From positions 1-42,592 of the forward strand of contig JBKCHH010000062.1 of NCBI GenBank assembly GCA_046302855.1: a stretch of DNA of 42,592 nucleotides. Reading direction: 5' to 3'. This document shows, piece after piece, positions 7,838 to 17,469 of the stretch (position 1 is its first letter; each line of letters starts with the position of its first letter). Below the pieces are notes generated by a model. That model had not been told where the DNA came from. It saw nothing but the letters and a program-made list of their open reading frames with translations, and did not search any database. The position numbers were made by a program, and so were the translations under genes. The stretch is from Alphaproteobacteria bacterium. Its GTDB lineage: Bacteria > Pseudomonadota > Alphaproteobacteria > Rickettsiales > UBA8987.

Positions 7838-9385
7838 GTGCAATTATCTTTATTACTAGAGAAAATAAAAGATACGGATGAATATTTAAACCATATTGGT
7901 GGTTTGAAAGATGCTATTCGGCAAGTAAATATTGAAGCCTTCGCCATAAATTCCAAAAAGGTGAAGCCAAACAGCTTTTTTGTTACCCTGCCAAGTAGTG
8001 ATTCTTCCAAAAAAAACGAGCTTGCCTATATTACGGAAGCCATAAAAAATGGTGCAAGGGCAGTTTTAATCAATGAAGAAATTTTTTTAAGTGATGATAT
8101 AAAAAAGAAAATTGCAGAAAATAGCCAAGTGCTGTTTTTCACCTCGCACGAACCTATTAAAACGCTTGGGATTTTGCTAAGAATCTTTTTTGGCTATAAA
8201 ATTGAAAAGGAAGGCAAGCTATTCCCAGAAGTTTACGCCGTAACTGGCACCAATGGTAAAAGTTCAGTGGTTGCCTTTTTAAGGCAAATTTGGGAAGGTT
8301 TTCACATTCCCTCTGCCTCAATTGGCACGCTTGGCGTTTATTATGCCAATACCTTTAAAGACCTTTCAATCACCACGCCAGACATAATAACCCTATATGA
8401 AGAAATCTATTTTTTAGCCAGCAAGGGAATCAAAAAAATTGCTCTGGAAGCCTCAAGTCATGGAATTGAGCAGGGTAGGATTGAAGGGCTAACTATAAAC
8501 TATGCGGGTTTTACCAATATAACGCATGATCACCTAGATTATCACAAAACTTTTGAAAATTATCTGAGTGCCAAAAAACTGTTATTTACCAAATACTTAA
8601 ATAAGAATGGTATTGGTGTTTTTAATATAGATAGTGAACCAATAGCGGAAATTCTAGAAGAGCTGGCAAATAAAGAAATCCACATGCTAACCTACGGCTA
8701 CAACAAAAAAGCCTCAATTAGAATAGAAAATAGGTATATAAGGCAATTTACCCAGCATTTTACTCTGCAATATCAAAATAATGAATATGAAATTACCACG
8801 CCCCTTATTGGCAAGTTTCAAGTAGAAAACTTGGTCTGTGCCATATCCCTGTGCTTGGCAAGTGGCGTTTACATTAAAGATATTATCCCACTAATTTCAA
8901 ACATTAAGGCTCCAAGCGGTAGAATGGAAAATTTAGGCGATATTTTAGAAAATGGCTCAAGGGTGATAGTAGATTACGCCCATACGCCAGATGGGCTAGA
9001 AAAGGTGTTGCAGGCAATTAGAGAATATTCTTCCTCAATTCCCAAAAAACTAATTGTGGTTTTTGGCTGTGGTGGTGATAGGGATAAGACCAAACGCCCC
9101 AAAATGGGCGAAATTGCTGGAAAATATGCCGATGTGGTAATTGTAACGGATGATAATCCAAGAACTGAAAGCCCAGAGCAGATAAGAACAGAAATCTTAA
9201 AAAACCTAGTTGGTTTTAGTATAGGGGATAGAAAACTTGCCATCAAACAAGCTCTTGGATTATTGCGGCATGGCGATACCTTACTAATAGCTGGCAAGGG
9301 GCACGAAAAAACGCAAATCTATGGGGCTAAAACATTGCCCTTTTCAGATAAAGAAATAGCTCTAGAGTTGGCGAAAGAGGTGTAA
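7838..9385 (+). CDS. murE: UDP-N-acetylmuramoyl-L-alanyl-D-glutamate--2,6-diaminopimelate ligase
   Basis: [46 protein letters not shown] (DAP-type), AGKGHE. Confidence 0.96.
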   Translation: MQLSLLLEKIKDTDEYLNHIGGLKDAIRQVNIEAFAINSKKVKPNSFFVTLPSSDSSKKNELAYITEAIKNGARAVLINEEIFLSDDIKKKIAENSQVLFFTSHEPIKTLGILLRIFFGYKIEKEGKLFPEVYAVTGTNGKSSVVAFLRQIWEGFHIPSASIGTLGVYYANTFKDLSITTPDIITLYEEIYFLASKGIKKIALEASSHGIEQGRIEGLTINYAGFTNITHDHLDYHKTFENYLSAKKLLFTKYLNKNGIGVFNIDSEPIAEILEELANKEIHMLTYGYNKKASIRIENRYIRQFTQHFTLQYQNNEYEITTPLIGKFQVENLVCAISLCLASGVYIKDIIPLISNIKAPSGRMENLGDILENGSRVIVDYAHTPDGLEKVLQAIREYSSSIPKKLIVVFGCGGDRDKTKRPKMGEIAGKYADVVIVTDDNPRTESPEQIRTEILKNLVGFSIGDRKLAIKQALGLLRHGDTLLIAGKGHEKTQIYGAKTLPFSDKEIALELAKEV

Positions 9386-9387
9386 AA

Positions 9388-9975
9388 ATGATTAAGCTAA
9401 TAGTTGGCCTTGGCAATGTTGGCAAAAAATATGAAAATACCCGCCATAATGTTGGCTTTATGCTAATTCACTATCTTATTGATAAACTTAAAGTTATTGA
9501 TGAAACAACGAAATTCCAAAGCAAAATTTACAAAATAGAAGGCCAAGATTTTTCAAGTAAAATTAACTTTGCCGTGCCCAATAACATTTACTTTCAAATG
9601 CCACACACCTTAATGAATAACTCTGGCGATGCGGTGCAGAGCTTTTGCCACTTTCACAAGATTTTAGAGGAGGAGGTTTTGGTAATTCATGATGATTTAG
9701 ACCTTGCCTTCGCCAAGGTAAAGGTAAAACAAGCAGGGGGCAATGCTGGGCATAATGGTTTAAGGGATATAGATGCAAAACTTGGCAAAAACTACTTTCG
9801 CATTCGCATAGGCATTGGCAAACCTTTAGATAAAAACGATACTAGCAACTTTGTGCTACAGAATTTTTCTGTTCAAGAGAGGAAGGCTTTAGATGAGCTA
9901 TTCACCAAATTTTTTGATAGCGAGCTAAAAAATTCTCTGCAGGCGATTGAAAAGGGTGTGAATTATGGGTTTTAG
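9388..9975 (+). CDS. pth: Peptidyl-tRNA hydrolase
   Basis: LIVGLGN...YENTRHNVGF, MNNSG, HDDLD, GHNGL, RIRIGIG. Confidence 0.96.
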   Translation: MIKLIVGLGNVGKKYENTRHNVGFMLIHYLIDKLKVIDETTKFQSKIYKIEGQDFSSKINFAVPNNIYFQMPHTLMNNSGDAVQSFCHFHKILEEEVLVIHDDLDLAFAKVKVKQAGGNAGHNGLRDIDAKLGKNYFRIRIGIGKPLDKNDTSNFVLQNFSVQERKALDELFTKFFDSELKNSLQAIEKGVNYGF

Positions 9976-10018
9976 TTATTGGTTTTTTTGGGGGAGGGGG
10001 TAGGAAAGGTGGGTTTTT

Positions 10019-10051
10019 AAGAAAGGCGGGGTTCCTGTTAGGGAACCCGCC
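10019..10051 (-). terminator. Putative intrinsic terminator of the 66-codon gene
   Basis: Minus strand GGCGGGTTCC-CTAACA-GGAACCCCGCC stem (one bulge) followed by TTTCTT, 23 bp after the stop codon. Confidence 0.65.
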
Positions 10052-10074
10052 AGACTTAAAGTGCAAAGACAGCG

Positions 10075-10275
10075 TTATTTGCTGTCGCTGTCAGCCTCAG
10101 AGGCTTGAGAGGCTTGGAGGACGCCGATCGTGAGATCGAAAGCCTTTGCGACCCCATCAATCACCCCGCCCCTTGCCGTTTCCAGGTTGTCTGTTACTAA
10201 AACAAGGGAACTAAACTGAATGCGACCATCGCCTCTTTCGAATGTGATGGTTATGTTCCAATGATTTTTAGACAT
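10075..10275 (-). CDS. Small hypothetical protein, 66 aa
   Basis: ATG preceded by GAGGAcacc RBS; promoter upstream, terminator downstream; ~49% GC by hand count (98/201). No family recognised. Confidence 0.6.
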   Translation of the reverse strand: MSKNHWNITITFERGDGRIQFSSLVLVTDNLETARGGVIDGVAKAFDLTIGVLQASQASEADSDSK

Positions 10276-10343
10276 GGTGTCCTCAATGGTTTACAAAAAA
10301 ATGAAAAGTGCCTTCCTCCAAAGGCGTAAATATGTACAACCGC

Positions 10344-10374
10344 AGTTTAGCAGAGAGAGAGAGAGAGTTGTCAA
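10344..10374 (-). promoter_or_regulatory. Sigma70-type promoter with (CT)8 microsatellite in the spacer
   Basis: TTGACA (10374-10369), 19-bp spacer containing (CT)8 (10367-10352), TAAACT (10349-10344). Confidence 0.65.
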
Positions 10375-10412
10375 TGTAAAATATTGATTTCAGCAAAGAT
10401 TTTTTTTAAGTT

Positions 10413-10428
10413 TTAACCAAATTTTAAC
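10413..10428. promoter_or_regulatory. Possible CtrA box
   Basis: TTAA-CCAAATT-TTAAC fits TTAA-N7-TTAAC; about 40 bp upstream of the -35 above. Chance matches are likely in AT-rich DNA. Confidence 0.35.
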
Positions 10429-10435
10429 ACTCGCT

Positions 10436-10615
10436 GTCATTGCGATGAGCTTTAGCGAAGAAGCAATCCATAAAAATGGTTTTTCTTGCAAAAAATTGCT
10501 TGTTATCCAAGCCTCGCCTTGTTTATGGATTGCTTCGTCCTTTCAGTCCTCGCAATGACGATTTTAGCTAGAATGGATTGCCTCTGCAAGAGCAAAGCTC
10601 TCGCTCGCAATGACG
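10436..10615. repeat. Palindromic repeat doublet (10436-10560) plus a third arm (10574-10615)
   Basis: GTCATTGCGA...GAAGCAATCCATAAA / TTTATGGATTGCTTCG...CTCGCAATGACG, then TGGATTGCC..GAGCAAAGCTC..CTCGCAATGACG; 11 bp from the fusA stop. Confidence 0.88.
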
Positions 10616-10626
10616 AATACACTACC

Positions 10627-12708
10627 TTAAGCCGCTTTTTTTCTAATTTCTTCGGCTATGGCGTTTGGAGTGGCAGCGTAGTTGGCAAACTGCATGGTGA
10701 ACTGTGCCCTGCCTTGCGACATAGATCTAAGAGTCGACACATAGCCAAACATAGAGGCCAGTGGCACCTTAGCACTAATTACTTTGGCGTTGCCCCTTTG
10801 TGTCATTTCTAAAATCTGTCCACGCCTAGAGTTTAAATCACCGATAATATCGCCCATATAGTCTTCCGGCGTTACTACTTCTACACCCATAATTGGCTCC
10901 AGAAGAACAGGGCCTGCCTGCTTCATACCCTCACGAAAGGCAGCACGCGCTGCAATTTCGAAAGCAAGGGCAGACGAATCCACCGCGTGGAAAGCACCAT
11001 CTTCAAGGGTCACCTTAAAGTCTATGGTTGGATAGCCAGCCATTACGCCCTTAGTAGCCTCTAGCTGAATTCCCTTATCTACAGCTGGGATATATTCTTT
11101 TGGAACATTACCACCAACAACGGTAGATTCAAACTCATAGCCTTTTCCAGCCTCTTGTGGTTCAAATTTAACTTCAATTTTAGCATATTGACCCGCACCA
11201 CCTGATTGCTTTTTGTGAACATAAGTTAGCTCAAAAGGCTTGGTGATAGTTTCACGATAAGCAACTTGAGGTGCACCAACATTGGCCTCCACCTTAAATT
11301 CACGCTTCATTCTATCCACAATAATTTCTAGGTGAAGCTCACCCATTCCTTTAAGAATGGTTTGCCCAGTTTCTTCATCACTTTTAACTTGAAGAGAAGG
11401 ATCTTCAGCCACCAGCCTTTGAATAGCGGTGGACATTTTTTCTTGGTCTGCTTTAGTCTTTGGTTCAATGGCAAGTTCAATTACTGGCTCTGGGAAATCC
11501 ATTTTTTCAAGCACAATAGGAAAATCTGGATCACACAAGGTATCACCCGTTGTTACTGATTTCATTCCCACTAAAGCAACAATATCACCCGCAACGGCTT
11601 GCTTTATGTCTTCACGGTTGTTAGCATGCATTAATAACATTCTACCCACCCGCTCTTTTTTATCTTTAGTTGAATTTATTAGCCCATCACCTGCACTTAA
11701 AACACCAGAATAAATGCGAAGGAAAATTAAATTACCCACAAATGGGTCATTCATTAGCTTAAAGGCAAGACCAGAGAATTTTTCATTATCGATTCTTTTT
11801 CTAGTGATTGGCTTATCTGTGCCAACTTCTACGCCTTCAGCATCACTTAAATCAGTAGGGCAGGGTAGGTAATCCACAACTGCATCTAGCAAACACTGCA
11901 CACCCTTGTTTTTAAAGGCTGAGCCACAAAGAACGGGAATAAAGGTTCCAGCTATTGTGCCTTTGCGAATGCAGGCTTTAATTTCAGCATTGGAAATGGT
12001 TTCGCCGTTTAGATAACGCTCCATAATGTCATTATCCATTTCAACGGCAGTTTCAAATAACTTAATTCTATAGGTTTCTGCCTTTGCCTTTAGTTCGGCT
12101 GGAATTTCTACAATATCGAACTTGGCACCAAGCTCTTCACCACTCCAAATTAAAGCCTTGTTCAAAATTAAATCTACCACGCCTTTAAAATTTTCTTCCA
12201 CACCTATTGGAAGCAAGGTAACTAAGGGTTTTGCCCCAAGCCTTTCTGAAATCATATCTACACAACGGTAGAAATCTGCCCCAGTTCTATCTAGTTTGTT
12301 CACAAAGCACATTCTTGGCACGCCATATTTATCTGCCTGACGCCACACAGTTTCAGATTGTGGCTCAACCCCTGCCACCCCATCAAATACAGTAACAGCA
12401 CCATCTAGAACCCTTAGAGACCGCTCTACTTCAATGGTAAAATCCACGTGCCCCGGTGTATCTATAATATTGATTCTATGCCCATTCCAAAAACAAGTTG
12501 TGGCGGCTGAAGTTATGGTTATGCCCCTTTCCCTTTCCTGCTCCATCCAGTCCATAGTGGCGGCACCTTCGTGAACCTCTCCAATCTTGTGTGATTTACC
12601 AGTATAATATAGAATACGCTCGGTAGTTGTGGTTTTCCCAGCATCAATGTGAGCCATTATGCCTATGTTACGATACTTAGAAATTGGATATTGTCTAATG
12701 TTGGACAT
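10627..12708 (-). CDS. fusA: Elongation factor G
   Basis: [52 protein letters not shown]; 693 aa. Confidence 0.99.
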   Translation of the reverse strand: MSNIRQYPISKYRNIGIMAHIDAGKTTTTERILYYTGKSHKIGEVHEGAATMDWMEQERERGITITSAATTCFWNGHRINIIDTPGHVDFTIEVERSLRVLDGAVTVFDGVAGVEPQSETVWRQADKYGVPRMCFVNKLDRTGADFYRCVDMISERLGAKPLVTLLPIGVEENFKGVVDLILNKALIWSGEELGAKFDIVEIPAELKAKAETYRIKLFETAVEMDNDIMERYLNGETISNAEIKACIRKGTIAGTFIPVLCGSAFKNKGVQCLLDAVVDYLPCPTDLSDAEGVEVGTDKPITRKRIDNEKFSGLAFKLMNDPFVGNLIFLRIYSGVLSAGDGLINSTKDKKERVGRMLLMHANNREDIKQAVAGDIVALVGMKSVTTGDTLCDPDFPIVLEKMDFPEPVIELAIEPKTKADQEKMSTAIQRLVAEDPSLQVKSDEETGQTILKGMGELHLEIIVDRMKREFKVEANVGAPQVAYRETITKPFELTYVHKKQSGGAGQYAKIEVKFEPQEAGKGYEFESTVVGGNVPKEYIPAVDKGIQLEATKGVMAGYPTIDFKVTLEDGAFHAVDSSALAFEIAARAAFREGMKQAGPVLLEPIMGVEVVTPEDYMGDIIGDLNSRRGQILEMTQRGNAKVISAKVPLASMFGYVSTLRSMSQGRAQFTMQFANYAATPNAIAEEIRKKAA

Positions 12709-12774
12709 GAGTATTTGTTGTTTTGGAGGGTGATTTACTAAAGGTTAAGGGTTTTTAGTCAAGAGAAAAGTTTT

Positions 12775-13491
12775 TTAGTCTTCTGATTTTGTGGGGGCTG
12801 AGAGTGTTTTTTCTTTTTTTATCTGGTAAAAGGCATCGGAAATTTTTGCCATGCGTAAATTCAACATAGCTTGAAAGGTTTTGGGGTAGTTAATGTTGGG
12901 GAACTTATCTGGGTGATATTGCTTTACCTTATCCACATAGGCTTTCCGCAGAGATTTTAAGGTTACCGAACTTTTGCTAATACCAAAAAACTTGTAAGGG
13001 TTAGAAACATCTGGCATTAGAATTTTTTTAAAGGCTTGGTTTAAGAATTCTTCTTTTATATCAAATACATCCGCAATTTTACGAATGGAAATTATGTCTA
13101 TTTGTTTTAGCTCATCATCCAGCAGTAAAAAGGTAATTATGGTATTTAGTGTATTTTCATACAGGGCAAATTCCTTTACAAAAAACCGCTGGAGCATATT
13201 GGCGTAGTATTCTTCATCAAATTCATCTTCCCCTATTTGGGCAATAATTTTATCTAGCTCATTAGTAGAGATAGATTTTAGAATTTTTTGAACAATAAAG
13301 TGGCGGTGCGGATTGGTTAAACGCAAGTTCTTAACGCCAAAGTTTATAGATTTATTCCGCATATAAACCTTTACTAATAGGGCTAGCAGAAAATGTTCAA
13401 GGGTAGAGCTTCTAGAGGTCTTATGCCCCAAAATAGTTTGAAATGAATCTTTTTTTTGGTTGGGTATGAAGAATTTTTTTATTCTAATCAT
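12775..13491 (-). CDS. J-domain protein with C-terminal J domain (DjlA-like)
   Basis: NPYKFFGI...LRKAY...QYHPDKF...ISDAFYQIKK with HPD motif. Confidence 0.75.
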   Translation of the reverse strand: MIRIKKFFIPNQKKDSFQTILGHKTSRSSTLEHFLLALLVKVYMRNKSINFGVKNLRLTNPHRHFIVQKILKSISTNELDKIIAQIGEDEFDEEYYANMLQRFFVKEFALYENTLNTIITFLLLDDELKQIDIISIRKIADVFDIKEEFLNQAFKKILMPDVSNPYKFFGISKSSVTLKSLRKAYVDKVKQYHPDKFPNINYPKTFQAMLNLRMAKISDAFYQIKKEKTLSAPTKSED

Positions 13492-13500
13492 TGTAATTGG

Positions 13501-14265
13501 TTATTTTTCCAATCTACTCCAGATTCTTTTTTTAGCTAGAAAGAATATTATAGTAAATACAAGGGTGAAAAGCATTACCTTTAGCCCCATTGCTTTTCTT
13601 TCTTCCATTTCTGGCTCTGCCGCCCATTGCAGAAAATTTACCACATCCTTTGCCAGCTGTTTTTTGTTAGTAGCTGTGCCATCTTGATACTGAACTAAGC
13701 CATCTTGCAGAGGTTCTGGCATACCTATATTATAGTTTCCGGCTGCAAAATACTTGTTGTAATATTTTCCCTCTGGAACTTGGTGATCTTTCGGAGCCTT
13801 TTCATAGCCGTTTAGTAAAGAATAAACATAGTTTGGTCCTTCTTCACGGGCTTTTATTATTAGGGATAGGTCAGGTGGCAAAGCACCGCCATTAGCGTTT
13901 CTAGCAGATTGTTCGTTAGGGTAGGGGCTTTTAAAGTGATCTGATGGTAGGCCAGCCCTATCAAACATTTCACCTTCATCATTTGGACCATCTGGAATTA
14001 AATATTCTGAGGCTATTTGCTTAACTTCAGCTTCACTAAAGCCAATTTCTTGTAAATTACGGTAGTAGATTCTTTTCATAGAATGGCAGGCAGAACATAC
14101 CTGCTTATAAACCTGATAGCCCCTTTGCACCGATGCCCTATCAAACTTGCCAAAAACCCCTTCAAAAGCCCATTTTTCGTTTAAAAGCTTTGTTTCTGGC
14201 TGAGCAGCACTGGCAGTGGTTAGTGAGGCAAAAAATAAAATAAGTGCAGATAAAATCCTAATCAT
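13501..14265 (-). CDS. petC: Cytochrome c1 (bc1 complex)
   Basis: RGYQVYKQVCSACH heme motif, ANGGALPPDLS, FLQWAAEP, C-terminal TM; ATG at 14265 gives a signal peptide. Confidence 0.96.
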   Translation of the reverse strand: MIRILSALILFFASLTTASAAQPETKLLNEKWAFEGVFGKFDRASVQRGYQVYKQVCSACHSMKRIYYRNLQEIGFSEAEVKQIASEYLIPDGPNDEGEMFDRAGLPSDHFKSPYPNEQSARNANGGALPPDLSLIIKAREEGPNYVYSLLNGYEKAPKDHQVPEGKYYNKYFAAGNYNIGMPEPLQDGLVQYQDGTATNKKQLAKDVVNFLQWAAEPEMEERKAMGLKVMLFTLVFTIIFFLAKKRIWSRLEK

Positions 14266-14369
14266 TTTTAATATATATTTACGCCTGATATAACTTCTAT
14301 CCAAAAATCAATCAAGATTATTTTGTTTTTTTGTGAGGAACTATCTTAATTAATAAAAAAACAGGACTA

Positions 14370-15131
14370 TTATAGGTTTCTTATAACTAAATCTATAATT
14401 TCTATTGTATCGTGTTTATGAGAGGGACTAAGCATTCCAAAGATTTTAATCATTTCAATTATTATAAATGCATTATCTTTGTCAATTTTAAAATCTGCAA
14501 ATTCTTTTAAATTAGCACACCTTCCAACCAAAGGAATATCAGAATTTAGCTCTGTTATAGGGAAGCAAAAATATAACATAGGCTGAACCCCAACAGCTCG
14601 TTGCTTTTCTCTAATCGTAATTTCTGTTATTATTTCATAATGTTTAAATTTATGAATAAGTTGAGGATATTCTATTTTTAAAACCTTAAAATCTAAACCA
14701 TTTATCTTTTCGCTAACAGGATGGGTTCTTTTTATTGTGCAATGAGGATGCTTTGAAATTAAACTATTTCCTTCTAAATTTTTGATAAAATTTTTTAAAT
14801 TTTCTAATTCTTTTATTTTGATTATATTAAAAGTAGCTAAATGATATAGATATTCACTTAATTCATAAAGAGCCTTTTTCTTGGTATTATAGGCAATAAA
14901 ATTAAGGTTTTTTAGGGTAGTTAAATCGATTTTATCGCTTGTAACTTCAATATCATATCCTATCTGCCACTCAATATAGTTTTTTTGATTAAATTTATTG
15001 CTTCTACTAGCAAACGGCAATCCATATCCATAAATATTATCTCTTTCTTTTATTCTTATTTTCCCTTTTGTTGTGGTAAGTGGTATAGGAACGATAATTT
15101 CTTTATTTTCTTTACTAACTTTTATAAACAT
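14370..15131 (-). CDS. R.PabI-family restriction enzyme (HALFPIPE fold, DNA glycosylase type)
   Basis: IPLT..GKIRIK.R, YIEWQIGYD, YELSE, KQRAVGVQPMLYFC and C-terminal SPSHKHD (H-x-x-D) recalled as PabI-family motifs; overlaps the adjacent methyltransferase; ATG at 15131. Confidence 0.82.
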   Translation of the reverse strand: MFIKVSKENKEIIVPIPLTTTKGKIRIKERDNIYGYGLPFASRSNKFNQKNYIEWQIGYDIEVTSDKIDLTTLKNLNFIAYNTKKKALYELSEYLYHLATFNIIKIKELENLKNFIKNLEGNSLISKHPHCTIKRTHPVSEKINGLDFKVLKIEYPQLIHKFKHYEIITEITIREKQRAVGVQPMLYFCFPITELNSDIPLVGRCANLKEFADFKIDKDNAFIIIEMIKIFGMLSPSHKHDTIEIIDLVIRNL

Positions 15132-16254
15132 AGTGATTATCAATTAATATTTTAAAATATTCTTGTATTTTTTCTTTTGACTCACTTACCGAAATATCAT
15201 CTCTTGTATTAATATATTTCTTCAAAAAACTATTTCTAGTTAAGCATTCCTGAACAAAATAATTTTTATATTTTTGAAATTTATTATTATTTATGAATAC
15301 ATCAAGATTCCCAAAGTAATAAGGCATCAAGTGGCTAAATTGCTTGAATACATCCACATAAACATAATAATCTAACTTATTTTTATCTACTATTATAGCA
15401 TTATATCCAAAATCTTTAACAAATGTTTGGTTTCTCTTTAAGGCGTTAATGTCCCGCATAGTCCAAAACAAAATATCATCTTTCTTTGGCAAAACATTTT
15501 TTAAAGGATATTTATTTATATAATTTGGGATAAAATCAAACTCCTTTAGTTTAAAACACTTTTTATCAATTGTTTCAAAATTGAAATTTCTTATATATTC
15601 ATAATCCATTCCCTCTTTATCTTTTGAATACAAAGCAATAATTATTGGAAAAGATATACCTTTTGATGTTTCTTTAAAAGTTGAACTATCAATTAAGATG
15701 CCATCAATTAATTTATAGCAACTGCTAAAATTTCTTAATAAATTGAAATTTGATTTTTTAATTAGATAAGATAATGGATGCAAAACACAAACTACATCTG
15801 CTTTAAGTTTAGCATAAGATAATAAAAAAGATATTCCGTAATCTCTTGTGCGAACATCGTCATCAATTTTTATATTATCTTTTTTTATATCACTTCTAAT
15901 TATTGATGTAGTATCGTTATAAGGGGGGTTTCCTATAATAATCAATTTATCATTTTTATCAATTTTAAATTCTTCTCTATTGATGTTTAATAGGGCATTT
16001 TTATTAAAAACTTCTATATTAGGAAAATTTATTTTAGTTTTATCTGCCGCAATTTTATCAAAATCGTTTGCTTTTTTTCTACAATCTATATCACTCATAA
16101 AAAAGTTTCCATATCCACAAGAACTATCTAGAACTATAGATTCTTTGCTTAAAAATGGTTTTATTAAATTCCACGCAATCTCTACATATTCAGGCGGGGT
16201 ATAAAATGCCCCTAGATTTATTTTATCCTTATATTGTAAGTGATGTTGATTCAT
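15115..16254 (-). CDS. N6-adenine DNA methyltransferase, cognate of the PabI-family enzyme
   Basis: LGAFYTP, LDSSCGYGNF (motif I), IIGNPPYN (motif IV), gamma-class order; visibly more AT-rich than flanking genes. Confidence 0.9.
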   Translation of the reverse strand: MNQHHLQYKDKINLGAFYTPPEYVEIAWNLIKPFLSKESIVLDSSCGYGNFFMSDIDCRKKANDFDKIAADKTKINFPNIEVFNKNALLNINREEFKIDKNDKLIIIGNPPYNDTTSIIRSDIKKDNIKIDDDVRTRDYGISFLLSYAKLKADVVCVLHPLSYLIKKSNFNLLRNFSSCYKLIDGILIDSSTFKETSKGISFPIIIALYSKDKEGMDYEYIRNFNFETIDKKCFKLKEFDFIPNYINKYPLKNVLPKKDDILFWTMRDINALKRNQTFVKDFGYNAIIVDKNKLDYYVYVDVFKQFSHLMPYYFGNLDVFINNNKFQKYKNYFVQECLTRNSFLKKYINTRDDISVSESKEKIQEYFKILIDNHYVYKS

Positions 16255-16256
16255 AA

Positions 16257-17405
16257 TTAAAACTTCAAATCCACCTTTTCCCAGCTGAAAAAGCCGCCTT
16301 TTTCTGGCTTTCTGCCAAAGTGGCCATAGGTTGCGGTGGGTAAGTAAATTGGTTTATGAAGCCCCAAATGCTCACGAATGCCCCAGGCAGATAAATCTAC
16401 CTGTTTTTGTAAAATATTACTTATTTCTGCGTCATCAATTTTGCCGGTATCGTGCGAATTTACATATAAGGCAACGGGTTTAGCAACGCCAATGGCGTAA
16501 GCTAGCTGAATGGTGCAGATATCTGCAATTCCATTTGCCACCACATTTTTGGCTAAATAGCGTGCAATGTAAGCGGCAGATCTATCTACCTTTGAAGGGT
16601 CTTTACCTGAAAAAGCCCCGCCACCATGGGGGGCACTGCCACCATAGCTATCTACAATAATTTTTCTGCCAGTTAAGCCGGTATCACTAACTGGTCCGCC
16701 AATTACAAACTTGCCGGTTGGGTTGGTTAGAATATCTTTTTCATCAATTTCCCATTGTTTAGGAAAAGTTTTCATAACAATTGGCACAATAAGTTCGCGA
16801 ACCTTTTTCTGTGAAAATTCTGCTAAATGCTGAATGGAAACCACTATTTTAGAAATGCCAATTGGCTTTTGATTTTCGTAAATTAGCGTTACTTGCGATT
16901 TTGCATCTGGCCCCAAGCCCTTTATTTTGGCGGCAAAAATGTTCTCTAAAACGCGGTGCGAATAGTAAATACAAGCGGGCATATAGCTTTCAGTTTCCCT
17001 GCAGGCGAAGCCGAACATAATACCTTGGTCGCCCGCCCCCTCGTTTTTTTTATCTTTATTATCTACCCCTTGGGCAATATCGGGCGATTGTGAGTGAACA
17101 AGGTTATGAATATTAACATTTTTGTATGAAAAGCCTTCAAAATCAAAGCCAACATCTTTTATAATTTTGGTGGCGATAGATGGCAAATTATCCCTTATTT
17201 TAGCACTTCCACGCACTTCACCGGCAAGCACTACGGTATCTTTAGTAACTAAGGTTTCTATGGCAACGCGTGAATAGGGGTCATCTTTTAAAAACTCATC
17301 TAGGCAGGCATCTGAAATTTGGTCAGCCAGCTTATCTGGATGACCCGCAGATACAGATTCGCTAGTAAATAGGTATTTTCCCTTCTTATAAAAACTACTC
17401 GTCAT
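16257..17405 (-). CDS. metK: S-adenosylmethionine synthetase
   Basis: FTSESVSAGHPDK, GAGDQG, GLTGRKII, GGGAFSGKD..KVDRS. Confidence 0.98.
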   Translation of the reverse strand: MTSSFYKKGKYLFTSESVSAGHPDKLADQISDACLDEFLKDDPYSRVAIETLVTKDTVVLAGEVRGSAKIRDNLPSIATKIIKDVGFDFEGFSYKNVNIHNLVHSQSPDIAQGVDNKDKKNEGAGDQGIMFGFACRETESYMPACIYYSHRVLENIFAAKIKGLGPDAKSQVTLIYENQKPIGISKIVVSIQHLAEFSQKKVRELIVPIVMKTFPKQWEIDEKDILTNPTGKFVIGGPVSDTGLTGRKIIVDSYGGSAPHGGGAFSGKDPSKVDRSAAYIARYLAKNVVANGIADICTIQLAYAIGVAKPVALYVNSHDTGKIDDAEISNILQKQVDLSAWGIREHLGLHKPIYLPTATYGHFGRKPEKGGFFSWEKVDLKF

Positions 17406-17469
17406 ATGTTTTATTTTTTCTAATTCGATAATATAAGTTTTTAGTTAAAACAAGTGGATATTTTATCCA

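Noticed and set aside
9990-10013. G-rich run as a G-quadruplex
   Set aside because: Only three tracts of three or more G; no supporting evidence.
10019-10340. GC-rich transcript as tmRNA, RNase P RNA, 6S RNA or tRNA
   Set aside because: No tag peptide, no GAGGAAAGTCC motif and no cloverleaf recognised; the RBS plus ORF explains it better, though a novel RNA is not excluded.
10436-10615. Clustered repeats as a CRISPR array
   Set aside because: Units are inverted, variable and dispersed, with no regular repeat-spacer period and no cas genes.
10486-10812. 108-aa plus-strand ORF
   Set aside because: Made of palindromic repeat sequence and antisense fusA.
14266-14304. Extended track starts for petC, murD, the REase and the dioxygenase-like gene
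   Set aside because: They use TTG or GTG codons; downstream ATGs fit signal peptides or gene overlaps better.
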